The notes below the pieces were generated by a model that saw only the letters and a list, made by a program, of their open reading frames with translations, ran no database searches and was not told the DNA's origin. The position numbers and the translations under genes were made by a program. From NCBI GenBank assembly GCA_044222475.1, contig JBGANF010000016.1, positions 1 to 64,000 of the forward strand: a stretch of 64,000 bases of DNA, given 5' to 3'. Below, piece by piece: positions 1 through 11,899 of this stretch. Within the stretch, counting starts at the first letter, position 1, and every line of letters starts with the position of its first letter. This stretch comes from Polyangiaceae bacterium (lineage in GTDB: Bacteria > Myxococcota_A > Polyangia > Polyangiales > Polyangiaceae).

Positions 1-2
1 GG

Positions 3-848
3 GTCGCCGTCTTCGTCGTCCTCGACCGCGAAGGACGGTCCCTCGACATGGCGCCAGCGGGAGCGCTCCTCCCGTCTTTCGGCGGGATCCTGCTGGGCGC
101 GGCCGAGTGGGTCCAGCTCGAGCCGCGCACGAAGGATCTTCGGCGCGTCCTCGATGCCCAGCGTGAGCCCGCAGGGAAGCCCGCGGCCGAGTCGATTCTT
201 CCCGTCACGGTGCATGACCTACGCGTCGAGTTTGGCGATCGCGTCGCGCTCGACGGAGTGACCGTTTCGCTGGACGGGCCGAGGCTCGTCGTCCTCGCGG
301 GGCCCAACGGCTCGGGGAAGAGCACACTCCTTCGCGCGCTCATCGGCATCGTTCGACCGACGAAGGGCTCGGTTGCCTGCGCGGGGGTCTCGCTGGCCGA
401 TCTCGACCTCGGTTCGGTCCGCCGTCGCGCTGCCTACCTCCCGCAGAGGCCGCATTTCCCGGGCTCGGCGACCGTCTTCGAGGCGATGTCGTTCCTCGAT
501 GAGATCACCCAGGCCGACGCGTTGACCGCCCTTCAACGTGTCGACGTGGTGGACGCGTTGCGCACGCATTCGCCCACCGACCCGCTCTCGGTACCGATCG
601 ACGCGCTGTCCGGCGGCGAGCGGCAGCGCGTCGCTCTTGCCCGCGCGCTCCTTCGCGACGCCGACGTTTACCTCTTCGACGAACCCGACGCGAACTTGGA
701 TCGACGCGGGATCGAGATGGTGGTCGCGATCCTGCGTGAGTTGTCGAAGAAGTCGCTCGTCGTCGTCGCGGGTCACACCGAAGAGGTGATCGCCGCCGCG
801 GACGTCGTCATCCGGCTCGACCACGGTCGCGTGGTCAAGGCTCCGTGA
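3..848 (+). CDS. ABC transporter ATP-binding domain protein (5' end probably outside window)
   Basis: Walker A GPNGSGKST, signature LSGGERQR, Walker B YLFDEP; frame open to the window start. Confidence 0.85.
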   Translation, partial: VAVFVVLDREGRSLDMAPAGALLPSFGGILLGAAEWVQLEPRTKDLRRVLDAQREPAGKPAAESILPVTVHDLRVEFGDRVALDGVTVSLDGPRLVVLAGPNGSGKSTLLRALIGIVRPTKGSVACAGVSLADLDLGSVRRRAAYLPQRPHFPGSATVFEAMSFLDEITQADALTALQRVDVVDALRTHSPTDPLSVPIDALSGGERQRVALARALLRDADVYLFDEPDANLDRRGIEMVVAILRELSKKSLVVVAGHTEEVIAAADVVIRLDHGRVVKAP

Positions 849-2154
849 CGAGCGGACAAGTCGCGTCGACGGCTCGCTTGGAAGACGGCAACGTGGTGAC
901 CCGCTCCGGCGCTCCGAACGCGGCGATCAACGCGAAGTGCTCGTACTGGCACGGCTCGACGGTGACGTGGGCGGCTCCGCGCGCACGGAGGTCGTTCCCG
1001 CGCGCGATCTGCACGTCGCGGCGCTCGCTCTCGTCACGGCCTGGCACGTAAGACCACCGCCCGGCGGCGAAGTAGCACCACGCCGCGAAGGCCGCGCCCG
1101 CGAGCCCCATCCACAGCGGGCGTCGCACCTTGTCGACGAGGGAGGTCCACGCAGCAGCGATCCCTTCGCCGGCGAAGCCGCAGAGCGGCGCGAGGACCGC
1201 CACGATGGCGCGCTCGGGGTGGTGGGTCGGTGCGCCGTCGCGCACGTCCCCCCAGATCAGGAACGCGAGCGTCAGGGCTGCACCGGCGAGCGGGAGCCTC
1301 CATCGTCGTACCAAAATGGTACTACGAGCGGCGATTGCTCCGAAGATCGCGAAGAGAACGACGATCTCCGGCGCTGCGCTCCAGGTCGCGCGCGGGTACC
1401 CGAAGAGCTTGTCCGGCAGGGGCGCGGACGCTGCGCCGATGCTGCGCCGATAGGCCGCGACGCGATCGACGAAGTGGGTGGCGCTACCGTGGACCTTCAG
1501 GTTCCACGCCATCCACATGATCGGGCCCACCGCGGCGAGGACGGCGGCGACGACGCTCCACCGGCGGCCCGCCGGATCGCGGGCGGCCCGCACGGAGAGC
1601 ACGATGGCGGCCAGCGCGCACGCCGCCCACGCGTCGTACCGCGACAGCGCCGCGACCAGGAGAGCGAGACCACCGAGGACGACGGCGCGTCCCGACGCGG
1701 CGGTCACCAGCAGGAGGCCGGCGCCCATCAGCGCGCCGACCCACGCCTCGGGCACGGGCGCGACGCCCAGCCACACGCTCCACGGCGTGAGCGCGAACGT
1801 GGCTGCGCCGATCACTGCCGGGAGCCGCGCCGTGCCCACGGCTCGCGCGGCAAAGTAGGGAGCGACCGAAGCGAACACGCCGAGGACGAACGCCGTCGCG
1901 TGGGCGGTGCCGAGCGAGCGCCCGAACAGCGCCATCGCGAGGCCGTGGATCCAGAACGGGAACGGGAGCCAGCTCGTGCCGCTGGGATCGAGCTTGGGCG
2001 ACGCCGCAAACTGCTCGGCGATGACGACCCGCGAGTGATCGTCGTCCGAGACCTGCTGGAACCCGCAGTGGACGACCCAGGCCATCGCCCCGGCCTTCGC
2101 GAGGCAGATCAACGCCGCGTCGAGCGCTTCCTCACGCCCGAAGCGGGGACTCAC
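835..2154 (-). CDS. Polytopic membrane protein, possibly GT-C (PMT/ArnT-like) glycosyltransferase
   Basis: Many hydrophobic segments and an N-terminal acidic loop (SDDDHSR...WLPFPFW); GTG start at 2154 just after the secG stop. Confidence 0.55.
   Translation of the reverse strand: MSPRFGREEALDAALICLAKAGAMAWVVHCGFQQVSDDDHSRVVIAEQFAASPKLDPSGTSWLPFPFWIHGLAMALFGRSLGTAHATAFVLGVFASVAPYFAARAVGTARLPAVIGAATFALTPWSVWLGVAPVPEAWVGALMGAGLLLVTAASGRAVVLGGLALLVAALSRYDAWAACALAAIVLSVRAARDPAGRRWSVVAAVLAAVGPIMWMAWNLKVHGSATHFVDRVAAYRRSIGAASAPLPDKLFGYPRATWSAAPEIVVLFAIFGAIAARSTILVRRWRLPLAGAALTLAFLIWGDVRDGAPTHHPERAIVAVLAPLCGFAGEGIAAAWTSLVDKVRRPLWMGLAGAAFAAWCYFAAGRWSYVPGRDESERRDVQIARGNDLRARGAAHVTVEPCQYEHFALIAAFGAPERVTTLPSSKRAVDATCPLVTEP
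1308..1322. repeat. Dispersed palindrome copy GTACCAAAATGGTAC
   Basis: Strict match; codons AGT ACC ATT TTG GTA CGA on the coding strand. Confidence 0.7.
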
Positions 2155-2161
2155 GGTCGGC

Positions 2162-2527
2162 TCAGGGGCTCGCGGACGGCGCCGGAGCGACGGAGGCCGG
2201 AGGCGCCACGTCGTCCTTGTGCTTCGTCCCGCGCTCGGCGCGACGCTGACGATCGAGCTCGATGCGGGCCTGGAGCGAACGGTCACCGGACGACGAGCGA
2301 TAGGCGAGGCCCACGCTCGTGAGCATGAAGATCGTCGCGCAGATCGCGGTCGCGCGGGTGAGCACGTTGCCCGCGCCGCCACCGCCGAAGACCTGAGCCG
2401 CTTGGCCTCCGCCGAACGCCGCGCCCATGCCACCGCCGCGGCCCTGCTGGAGCAGGACGACGAAAATCAGGATCAGGCACGCCAGGATGTGGACGACCTT
2501 GAGAAAACCATCGAGAAACGCGAGCAT
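2162..2527 (-). CDS. secG: Preprotein translocase subunit SecG
   Basis: VLLQQGRGGGMGAAFGGG...LTRAT; follows tpiA. Confidence 0.95.
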   Translation of the reverse strand: MLAFLDGFLKVVHILACLILIFVVLLQQGRGGGMGAAFGGGQAAQVFGGGGAGNVLTRATAICATIFMLTSVGLAYRSSSGDRSLQARIELDRQRRAERGTKHKDDVAPPASVAPAPSASP

Positions 2528-2542
2528 TTTCGGAGTATCCCG

Positions 2543-3331
2543 TTACGTGGAGGCGGCTGCCTCGGAGGCGAGCTTTTCGGCGGTCTTGGCGATAGCACCG
2601 AACGAGGCGATGTCCAAGCTCGCTCCGCCGATGAGGAGTCCGTCCACGTTCGGCATCTTGAGCAATCCCGCGGCGTTGTCCGGCTTCGCGGAGCCCCCGT
2701 AGAGGATTCGGGTGCGTTTTCCGAGCTCGGCCGACCGCAGAGACAGCCAGCGCCGGATCTCCACGTGGACCGCCTCGGCGTCCTCCGGGCTCGCGTTGTG
2801 ACCGGTGCCGATCGCCCAGACGGGCTCGTAGGCGATGGCCTCCTCGTGTGGGTCGGTGGCGAGCGGCTCGAGGACGGCGTCGATCTGACGCTTCACCACC
2901 TCGAGGGTACGACCGGCCTGCCGCTCCTCGAGCGTCTCGCCGACGCAGAGGACGACGCAGAGCGACGAGTTGAGCGCGTGCCCGACCTTGACCGCGATCT
3001 CCGCGTCCTTCTCGCCGAAGATGTGGCGGCGCTCGCTGTGGCCGATGAGCACCCAGCGCGCTCCCGACTCGTTCAGCATGTCCGCGCTGATCTCGCCGGT
3101 GAACGCCCCGTGGGGCTTGCCGTGCATGTTCTGGGCGGCGAGGTGAACGCCCGAGTGCTCGATTTCGTGCGCGACCGCGGCGAGCGCGGTGTACGGCGGC
3201 GCGATCATCAGGTCGACGTTGGGCACTTCTTTCTTCAACGCCGCGACCTGCTGCGCGAGGGCCACGCCCTGGCTCCCGCCGTGGTGCATCTTCCAGTTTC
3301 CCGCGATGAGCGGCTTGCGTTCCTTGTGCAT
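2543..3331 (-). CDS. tpiA: Triosephosphate isomerase
   Basis: AGNWKM, GHSERR, AYEPVWAIGTG, LYGGS. Confidence 0.98.
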   Translation of the reverse strand: MHKERKPLIAGNWKMHHGGSQGVALAQQVAALKKEVPNVDLMIAPPYTALAAVAHEIEHSGVHLAAQNMHGKPHGAFTGEISADMLNESGARWVLIGHSERRHIFGEKDAEIAVKVGHALNSSLCVVLCVGETLEERQAGRTLEVVKRQIDAVLEPLATDPHEEAIAYEPVWAIGTGHNASPEDAEAVHVEIRRWLSLRSAELGKRTRILYGGSAKPDNAAGLLKMPNVDGLLIGGASLDIASFGAIAKTAEKLASEAAAST

Positions 3332-3332
3332 G

Positions 3333-4559
3333 TCAGCGCGCTCCCCCGGCGATCACGGTCGTGCTGCGAAGAACCTCGATACCCGGCAGTTTCTTCCCCT
3401 CGATGAGCTCGAGCGAAGCCCCTCCGCCGGTCGAGATGTGCTTCATCTTCTCGGCGATTCCATTCCCCGCGGCGTTGACCGCTGCCGCGCTGTCTCCGCC
3501 GCCGACGACGGTGAACGCGCTCGACGCGGCCATCGCTGCCGCGAGACCGAACGTGCCCTTCGAGAACTGAGCCTTCTCGAACAGGCCCATCGGTCCGTTC
3601 CAGAACACCGTCTTGGCGCTCGCGATCTTCTTGCCGAAGAGCTCGACGCTCTTCGGGCCGATGTCGAGGAGCATCATCTTCTCGGGCACGGCGTCGACCG
3701 AGACGACGGTGCCTTCGGGGGCGTCGAGCCCGCTCGCGGCGACGCCGTCGACCGGGAGGATGACCTCCACCTTCTTCTCGCGCGCCTTCTCGAGCAGGGT
3801 GCGCGCGAGCGCCAGCTTGTCGCCCTCGACCTTGCTCGCCCGCACGTCCTTGCCGGTGGCGGCGAGGAACGTGTTCGCCATCGCGCCGCCGATCAAGAGG
3901 ACGTTCACCTTCTCGAGCAGCGCCTCGACCACGGCGATCTTGTCCGACACCTTCGCGCCGCCGAGGACGGCGACGTAGGGCGACTCCGGCGCGGTGACGA
4001 GCTTGCCCAGCGCCGCGATCTCCTTCTCGAGGAGGTAGCCACACCCGCGATCGGTGAAGAACCGCGCCATGCCGTGGACGCTCGCGTGGGCGCGGTGGAC
4101 CGCGCCGAACGCGTCGTCGACGTAGACCTCGGCGTGGTCGGCGAGGGCCTTCGCGAAGACCTCGTCGTCCTTCTCCTCGCCGGCGTGAAAACGCAGGTTC
4201 TCGAGGAGGCACACCTGGCCGGCACGCAGATCGAAGATGACCTTCTTGGCCGCGTCGCCGATGCAGTCGTCGGGGACGTGGACCTCGGCGCCGAGGTGAC
4301 CGGCGAGACGCTCGCCGGCAGGTACCAAGGACAGCGACGGATCCGGTCCCTTTTTGGGACGACCGAGGTGGCTCGCGAGGATGACCTTGGCGCCGCGATC
4401 CATCGCGTGCTTGATGGTCGGGATGGCCTCGCGGATGCGCGTGTCGTCGGTGACTTTGCCGTCCTCCATCGGGACGTTGAAGTCGACGCGGATGAACACG
4501 CGCTTGTTCTCGATCGGGAGATCTTTGATCGTGCGGATGCCGTCGAGCGGGCTGGCCAT
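3333..4559 (-). CDS. pgk: Phosphoglycerate kinase
   Basis: RVDFNVP, SHLGRP, LLENLRF, GGAKVSDK, STGGGASL. Confidence 0.98.
   Translation of the reverse strand: MASPLDGIRTIKDLPIENKRVFIRVDFNVPMEDGKVTDDTRIREAIPTIKHAMDRGAKVILASHLGRPKKGPDPSLSLVPAGERLAGHLGAEVHVPDDCIGDAAKKVIFDLRAGQVCLLENLRFHAGEEKDDEVFAKALADHAEVYVDDAFGAVHRAHASVHGMARFFTDRGCGYLLEKEIAALGKLVTAPESPYVAVLGGAKVSDKIAVVEALLEKVNVLLIGGAMANTFLAATGKDVRASKVEGDKLALARTLLEKAREKKVEVILPVDGVAASGLDAPEGTVVSVDAVPEKMMLLDIGPKSVELFGKKIASAKTVFWNGPMGLFEKAQFSKGTFGLAAAMAASSAFTVVGGGDSAAAVNAAGNGIAEKMKHISTGGGASLELIEGKKLPGIEVLRSTTVIAGGAR
4346..4360. repeat. Dispersed palindrome copy GTCCCTTTTTGGGAC (inside pgk)
   Basis: Strict match; codons CGT CCC AAA AAG GGA. Confidence 0.7.
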
Positions 4560-4569
4560 GTCGTTTCCC

Positions 4570-5577
4570 TCAGAGGCTCTTGGCGATGAGCTCGGCGAAG
4601 TCGATCATCCGGTTCGAGAAGCCCCACTCGTTGTCGTACCAGGAGAAGATCTTCACGAAGCGGTCGCCTTGGATCTGGGTGACCGTCGAGTCGAAGATCG
4701 ACGAGCGCGGGTCGCCGATGTAGTCGGACGAGACGAGCTGCTCCTCGGCGTAGCCGAGGATGCCCTTCATCGGGCCTTCGCTGGCAGCCTTCATCGCCGC
4801 GTGGATCGCGTCCTTGGTGACCGGCTTCTCGGTCTCGAGCGTGAGGTCGACGAGGCTGACGTCCATCGTCGGGACGCGGATGGCCTGGCCGTCGAACTTG
4901 CCCTTGAGCTCCGGGATGACCTCGGAGAGGGCCTTCGCGGCGCCGGTGGACGAGGGGATCATGTTCTGCGCCGCGGCGCGCGCGCGGCGGAGGTCGCCCT
5001 TGCGGTGCGGGATGTCGAGGACGGCTTGGTCGTTCGTGTACGAGTGGATCGTCGTCATCAAGCCCTGCTTGATGCCGAAGCTGTCCATCATGACCTTCGC
5101 GATGGGGGCGAGGCAGTTGGTCGTGCACGAGCCGTTCGAGACGACGTGGTGCTTCGAGCCGTCGTACTTCTCGTGGTTGACGCCCATGACGACGGTGAGG
5201 TCGTGGTTCTTCGCCGGGGCGCTGATCATGACCTTCTTCGCGCCGGCCTTGAGGTGGCCCTGGACCTTCTCCTTGTCGGTGAAGAGGCCGGTGCATTCCA
5301 TCACGATCGGGATGTCCTTCAGGGCGAGGTTCGCCGGGTCCTTCTCGGCCGTGACCTTGACGTGCATGCCGCCGATCTCGAGCCCGCCTTCGACGACCTT
5401 GGCGCGCTTCTCGGCGCGGCCGTGGACGGTGTCGTAGTTGTAGAGGTGGGCGAGGGTCTTCGCGTCGGTGAGGTCGTTGATCAGCGCGACGTCGAGCTTG
5501 ACGCCCCGCTCCACGATGGCGCGAACGACGCAGCGACCGATACGACCGAACCCGTTGATGGCAATCTTGGTGGACAT
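4570..5577 (-). CDS. gap: Type I glyceraldehyde-3-phosphate dehydrogenase
   Basis: INGFGRIGR, SNGSCTTNCL, SSTGAAKA, WYDNEWG. Confidence 0.98.
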   Translation of the reverse strand: MSTKIAINGFGRIGRCVVRAIVERGVKLDVALINDLTDAKTLAHLYNYDTVHGRAEKRAKVVEGGLEIGGMHVKVTAEKDPANLALKDIPIVMECTGLFTDKEKVQGHLKAGAKKVMISAPAKNHDLTVVMGVNHEKYDGSKHHVVSNGSCTTNCLAPIAKVMMDSFGIKQGLMTTIHSYTNDQAVLDIPHRKGDLRRARAAAQNMIPSSTGAAKALSEVIPELKGKFDGQAIRVPTMDVSLVDLTLETEKPVTKDAIHAAMKAASEGPMKGILGYAEEQLVSSDYIGDPRSSIFDSTVTQIQGDRFVKIFSWYDNEWGFSNRMIDFAELIAKSL

Positions 5578-5772
5578 GAGACTCGGCTCCTGGAAAGGGC
5601 GGCGAATCTAGTCCCAAGGCGGGGGAAGGGCAACGGATCCCGGGGAAAAAGACGACTGGGGAATGTGGAACGGGAACGGGAACGAGGAATGAAATCGCGC
5701 GATTCCTCGGTACGGCGCCGCAACCGAAGCGCTGCCGCCACCCATCACCGCAGGTGGCTTGGCGTTCTTCCT

Positions 5773-6195
5773 CTAGAGGCCGCACATGAGGCCACCGATA
5801 CCCGAGGAGAACTCCGTTCCGCAGTGAAGCGCGGTGCCGAAGGTTTCGTCAGGCTCGACTCCTAGGTACGCCTTGAGCGCGCTCGGGTCGTGAAAGGTCA
5901 CCCATACGTTCCCGTGATCCCGGCGACAGGTCACGGTCAACTGGGGCACGGAGACGACGCAGCTCGGCGTTGGTGCGCTCAGGCCGCCGTCGTCGAACGG
6001 CGATTGGGGCGCCGGGTCGCCCCCGACGTCCACGTGGACACGCGCGTTTCCGTGGTCGACCGTGAGCGTGCAGGGGGTGGTGTCGCTTGCGTTCGTGTGC
6101 AGGGCCACTTCGCCAGAAGAGGTGCACACCGCTCGAGCCGAACACGCGAGGCCCAGCATCCCGCTCGCGATGACGAAGGAAGCGATGCCCCGCAT
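5773..6195 (-). CDS. Hypothetical lipoprotein
   Basis: Lipobox-like LGLAC after a hydrophobic N-terminus. Confidence 0.55.
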   Translation of the reverse strand: MRGIASFVIASGMLGLACSARAVCTSSGEVALHTNASDTTPCTLTVDHGNARVHVDVGGDPAPQSPFDDGGLSAPTPSCVVSVPQLTVTCRRDHGNVWVTFHDPSALKAYLGVEPDETFGTALHCGTEFSSGIGGLMCGL

Positions 6196-6226
6196 GTCGC
6201 CTGATGGCCGGTCGCGCGCGGTCCGT

Positions 6227-6982
6227 CTACCAGAGGACGACGCGGACCACGGCGGTTCCCTGGGTCAGGAACTTGAGCTTCGAAATCACCGTTGCGGCGC
6301 AGGTCAGGAGGTCCTGGTTGCCCTCGAAGGGGTTCAGGTCCGTCCCGATGATCTTGCCGGTCAGATCCACGTCGAGGTGGAAGCTCGCGCTCGCGTGGGT
6401 ACCCTTTTCTTTGGCCTGCGCGGTGGAGAGGCACGCATGCAGATCCTTCAGGGACGACTGGAGCGCGGTCATCGCCCCACCGACGAACTTGTTCGGCGGC
6501 GGCGCGGTGGGGGCGCCGAAGTCGATCGGTACCGTGACACCGCGCGGCGTCTTGATGCCGTAGTCCGCGTCGTGGAGCTTCTGCTGCATGCAGGTGGCCA
6601 GCTCCCACGGGGTACCGCACATGTGCATCGTGCCCGCCTTGCCTTTGCCGTCGGCGGCGACGTCCACGTCGACCATGAGCTTGCCAGGGGGCGGGTCTTT
6701 CGTGACGCACTTGCCGAGCACCGGCTGCATGGCGTCGAGCGCCTTGCTGAGCGCGGGCGTTTCGTCCCCGGCCGTCGCCTCGTCGGCGCCGAACTTGCCG
6801 ATGCAGCTCGCGAACCGATCCGACCCGTCACCGCGGACTTCGAGGTCGGGGAGCTTGGTCTCGAGCGGAGCGAGCGAAGACGGCGCTGCGGACGGAGCAG
6901 GCGCCGCGGCCGGCGGGGTCGCCTCTTCACCGCACGCGGCAAGGCCTAGGACGCCTACGAGAAGGTAAAGGTAGGTGCGCAT
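6227..6982 (-). CDS. Lipoprotein with two TonB-C/AgmX-PglI-like alpha/beta repeats
   Basis: MRTYLYLLVGVLGLAAC lipobox; repeated C...V-D-V..dG...L.TC pattern; start set at ATG 6982. Confidence 0.55.
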   Translation of the reverse strand: MRTYLYLLVGVLGLAACGEEATPPAAAPAPSAAPSSLAPLETKLPDLEVRGDGSDRFASCIGKFGADEATAGDETPALSKALDAMQPVLGKCVTKDPPPGKLMVDVDVAADGKGKAGTMHMCGTPWELATCMQQKLHDADYGIKTPRGVTVPIDFGAPTAPPPNKFVGGAMTALQSSLKDLHACLSTAQAKEKGTHASASFHLDVDLTGKIIGTDLNPFEGNQDLLTCAATVISKLKFLTQGTAVVRVVLW

Positions 6983-7116
6983 CGACGCCACTCTACCACC
7001 TTCGCTCGAGGTGGCGCGGCGCCAGTACCGAACTGGCGTCGCCACCTGACGCCGCGCGAATTCGGCGAGAAAAGGCAGGGATCGTGGTTGGCCCGACACG
7101 TGCACTTCATTCGGCC

Positions 7117-7515
7117 ATGCTATCCACCATCGAGCTACGAGCGAACTACTGGGCCCTGATGCGAATCGTACAGCGACTGACGGAGCCTCACGGCCTCACG
7201 CCGACCCGCTTCCTCCTTCTCCGCGTGGTGGAGGAGCAAGGGGGCTCCATCTCGCAAGGGCGGCTCGCGGAGAAGCTCGGGACGAGCCCCAGCACGGTTG
7301 CCACGATGGTGGCCGCGTTGGTGAACAAAGGGTTTCTTGCCCGCGAGCAGGTCCCGGGCGACCGCCGAAAGATCGTGCTCACGCTCACGCCTCGCGCGTC
7401 GGCAGCGTTGCGCGCGCTACACTCGATGCAGCCTGGCTCCGAGGAGGAAGCCGACAAAGTGGAACGGGCCGCGAAGCTGTTTGCTGTCGCGACCCGTCAC
7501 GTCGGCAGAGCGTAG
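7117..7515 (+). CDS. MarR family transcriptional regulator
   Basis: HGLTPTRF...LAEKLGTSPSTV...LVNKGFL...DRR...LTLT. Confidence 0.85.
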   Translation: MLSTIELRANYWALMRIVQRLTEPHGLTPTRFLLLRVVEEQGGSISQGRLAEKLGTSPSTVATMVAALVNKGFLAREQVPGDRRKIVLTLTPRASAALRALHSMQPGSEEEADKVERAAKLFAVATRHVGRA

Positions 7516-7533
7516 AACGCTCGCCCGTCAGCG

Positions 7534-9468
<1,935 letters not shown>

Positions 9469-9551
9469 TAGAACCTCGAAACCAGCGCTTTCATCACAGA
9501 GTTACCATCTAACTCGCCGAGGCACCACCGGCGACGGGTCTTCATGTTTCT

Positions 9552-10406
9552 TCACGGGACTCTGTTCTTACGGTGGGGCGCCGCGAGCCCCAACACAAGG
9601 CCGCCGGGCAGCAGGATTTGCGCCTTTCGCGCTTTTTCGGGGGACGTCCTGGCGGTTCGGAGGAGCTTTTGGATGGCGTCACGCGTCGGCTTCGGGAGGT
9701 CGACGGATGCGTCGGCGCCCGTACCGAGCTCGACCGCCTCGTCGGCGAGGGCGCAGAGGTGCTCGACCACGCGCGGAGCGATGGCGGACAGAAGAGGAAG
9801 GACCTCGCGTCGGAGACGACTGCGCACGAACCGTGGGTCCTCGTTCGAAGGGTCCGTCGCCGACGGAATGCGGTGGCGCGACAGGTGCAGGAGCACGTCC
9901 GACCGCCGGGCGGCGATCAAGGGGCGAACGAGGTCCCCAGCGCGGGGCGGGAGGACCGCGAGGCTCCCGATCGACGTGCCACGGAGCATCCGCAGGATCA
10001 CGGTCTCGGCCCGATCGTCGGCGTGGTGACCGGTGGCGACGAGCGCGCCAGCTGCGGCGTCTCGCAGCGCGGCGTATCGGGCAGCGCGGGCGCGCGCTTG
10101 CAGGTTGCCCCCTCGCTCGAGCCGGAGCTTCGTTCGCGAGAACTCGACCCCGAGCCGGTCGGCGAGCGCCTCGGCGAGGTCGAGCTCGCCCGCCGCGGCC
10201 GCGCGGAGCCCGTGATCGACTCCGTGCGCGCGCACGACGATGCCGAGCTCCTCGCGGAGTCCGGCGACCACGTCGAGCAGCGCTTGCGAGTCGGGGCCGC
10301 CGCTCGCGGCGACGAGGATGGATCGGGGGCCTTCTCCCAGCGCGCCCGCGAGCGTCCGCTTCGCGATCGTGCGGAGCGAAGGTCGGTGGCTCCCCCGGCC
10401 GCTCAC
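9552..10406 (-). CDS. tilS: tRNA(Ile)-lysidine synthetase (short form)
   Basis: [32 protein letters not shown]...RSRLR; upstream of ftsH; GTG start overlaps the upstream stop. Confidence 0.93.
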   Translation of the reverse strand: MSGRGSHRPSLRTIAKRTLAGALGEGPRSILVAASGGPDSQALLDVVAGLREELGIVVRAHGVDHGLRAAAAGELDLAEALADRLGVEFSRTKLRLERGGNLQARARAARYAALRDAAAGALVATGHHADDRAETVILRMLRGTSIGSLAVLPPRAGDLVRPLIAARRSDVLLHLSRHRIPSATDPSNEDPRFVRSRLRREVLPLLSAIAPRVVEHLCALADEAVELGTGADASVDLPKPTRDAIQKLLRTARTSPEKARKAQILLPGGLVLGLAAPHRKNRVP

Positions 10407-10591
10407 GCGACCTCGAATTCCTTGCAGAACACGATCTCTTCCGCGTCGAGCGTGCGCCGATGCACCTCGGTCGGGTACCCATGGACGCACGAGCTCGCTT
10501 CTCGGTCGAAGTGGGCGCAGTCGTCGCAGCGGAAGCGTAGTGCGCACGCCACGGCCTCGCGGACCAAGTCGACGGTGACCCGGGTCTTCAC
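10403..10591 (-). CDS. Small Cys-rich hypothetical protein (62 aa)
   Basis: CDDCAHF...C.HG...FCKEF; 4-bp overlaps with both neighbours. Confidence 0.7.
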   Translation of the reverse strand: MKTRVTVDLVREAVACALRFRCDDCAHFDREASSCVHGYPTEVHRRTLDAEEIVFCKEFEVA

Positions 10592-11889
10592 GCGCCCCCG
10601 TCACGCTCGCGCCCGCGGGCGCGGCGGGTGAGCGCGGCGACGATCTCGACGTGGCTCGTCTGAGGAAACATCTCGAAGAGATCGATCGACGCGAGCTCGA
10701 ACCGCGAGGCGAGGATCTCGAGGTCGCGTCCCAACGTGGGAGCATCACACGACACGTAGGTCACGTGGCGCACGCTCGAAGGCCCGCTCGCCAACGATGC
10801 ACAGACGACGCGAGCGCCGGTGCGCGGCGGATCGAGGACGACCGCTTGAACGCCCGCGTCGATCGGGTGGAGCTCGGCGTCGGCGGCGGTGACCCTCGCC
10901 TCGAGGGATCGCGCGCGGAGGTTCTTCCGCGCGGCCTCGCACGCCCCTTCGTCGCTCTCCACCGCTTGGACCTTTCGCCCGCGCGCGAGGAGCACCGTCA
11001 GGTTCCCCGCGCCGGCGTACAGCTCGAGCACGCGGACACCGGCCGGGACGCTCGCGTCGACCGCTCGCGCGAGCGCTTCGTTCAGCGCGCCGTGGGCTTG
11101 GGAGAACCCGCCGGCGGCGAGGACGAGGTCCTGGCCGTCGGCCGCGCGGAGGATGGGCTCCGGTCTTCCGATGGTGGCCGGTCGCGTCGTCCCGCCGCCG
11201 AAGATGCGCGCTCCGGCCCACGCTCCTCCGGTCACGAGCGCGTCCGCGCGCGCGTAGATCTCGGGTGCGAGGTCGCGCTCGAACACGATCTCGGCGACCG
11301 GCTTGCCGCCGACGCCGAGCGCGAGCTGGATTTCGCCGCGTCCGCGCGTCCCGGCGAGCAACGCGGGGAGGGCGCGTCGAGCCTCTTCGAGCGCCGGATC
11401 CAAGACGACGCATCGTTGTACCAAAATGGGATCATGAGTGCCGGCGCCGAAGAAGCCGATGACGAGGTCCTGCCGCGGCGTGCTCCGCGCGTGGACGCGG
11501 GCGCGCACGCGGTAGCCGAGCGCCTCCTTCGTCGCGTGGAACCGCAGCGGGGCTTCGCGCATCGCGTCGGGGAGCGCTTCACGGACGAGCGCCCGGTGGC
11601 CTGCCTCCTGAGCGGCTCGGTCCAAATGCATCCAGTCGCACGCGCCGCATCGCTCGACGTCGGCGCACGCCGGCGTCACGCGGCCGGGCCCCGGCTCCAG
11701 GATCGCGAGCGTGCGGGCGCGGGCCGGGCGAGCGCCGAAGTCGACCTCGGCGCGAACGCGCTCGCCCGGGACGGTGCGAGGAACGAAGACCGCGCGTCGC
11801 TCCCCGTCGGCGTCGACGTGGGCGACGCCTGCTCCGCCGTGCGCGAGCGCCGTGATCGTGAGCTCGTGCACGCTCTTCTTCGCGGTCAC
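10588..11889 (-). CDS. TRAM-domain RNA m5U methyltransferase (RlmD/TrmA family)
   Basis: N-terminal TRAM, C...CGAC, LELYAGAG, LDPPR, YVSC, MFPQTSHVE. Confidence 0.9.
   Translation of the reverse strand: MTAKKSVHELTITALAHGGAGVAHVDADGERRAVFVPRTVPGERVRAEVDFGARPARARTLAILEPGPGRVTPACADVERCGACDWMHLDRAAQEAGHRALVREALPDAMREAPLRFHATKEALGYRVRARVHARSTPRQDLVIGFFGAGTHDPILVQRCVVLDPALEEARRALPALLAGTRGRGEIQLALGVGGKPVAEIVFERDLAPEIYARADALVTGGAWAGARIFGGGTTRPATIGRPEPILRAADGQDLVLAAGGFSQAHGALNEALARAVDASVPAGVRVLELYAGAGNLTVLLARGRKVQAVESDEGACEAARKNLRARSLEARVTAADAELHPIDAGVQAVVLDPPRTGARVVCASLASGPSSVRHVTYVSCDAPTLGRDLEILASRFELASIDLFEMFPQTSHVEIVAALTRRARGRERDGGA
11418..11432. repeat. Dispersed palindrome copy GTACCAAAATGGGAT
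   Basis: GGGAT variant; codons GAT CCC ATT TTG GTA CAA. Confidence 0.65.
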
Positions 11890-11899
11890 CGCGCCGCCC

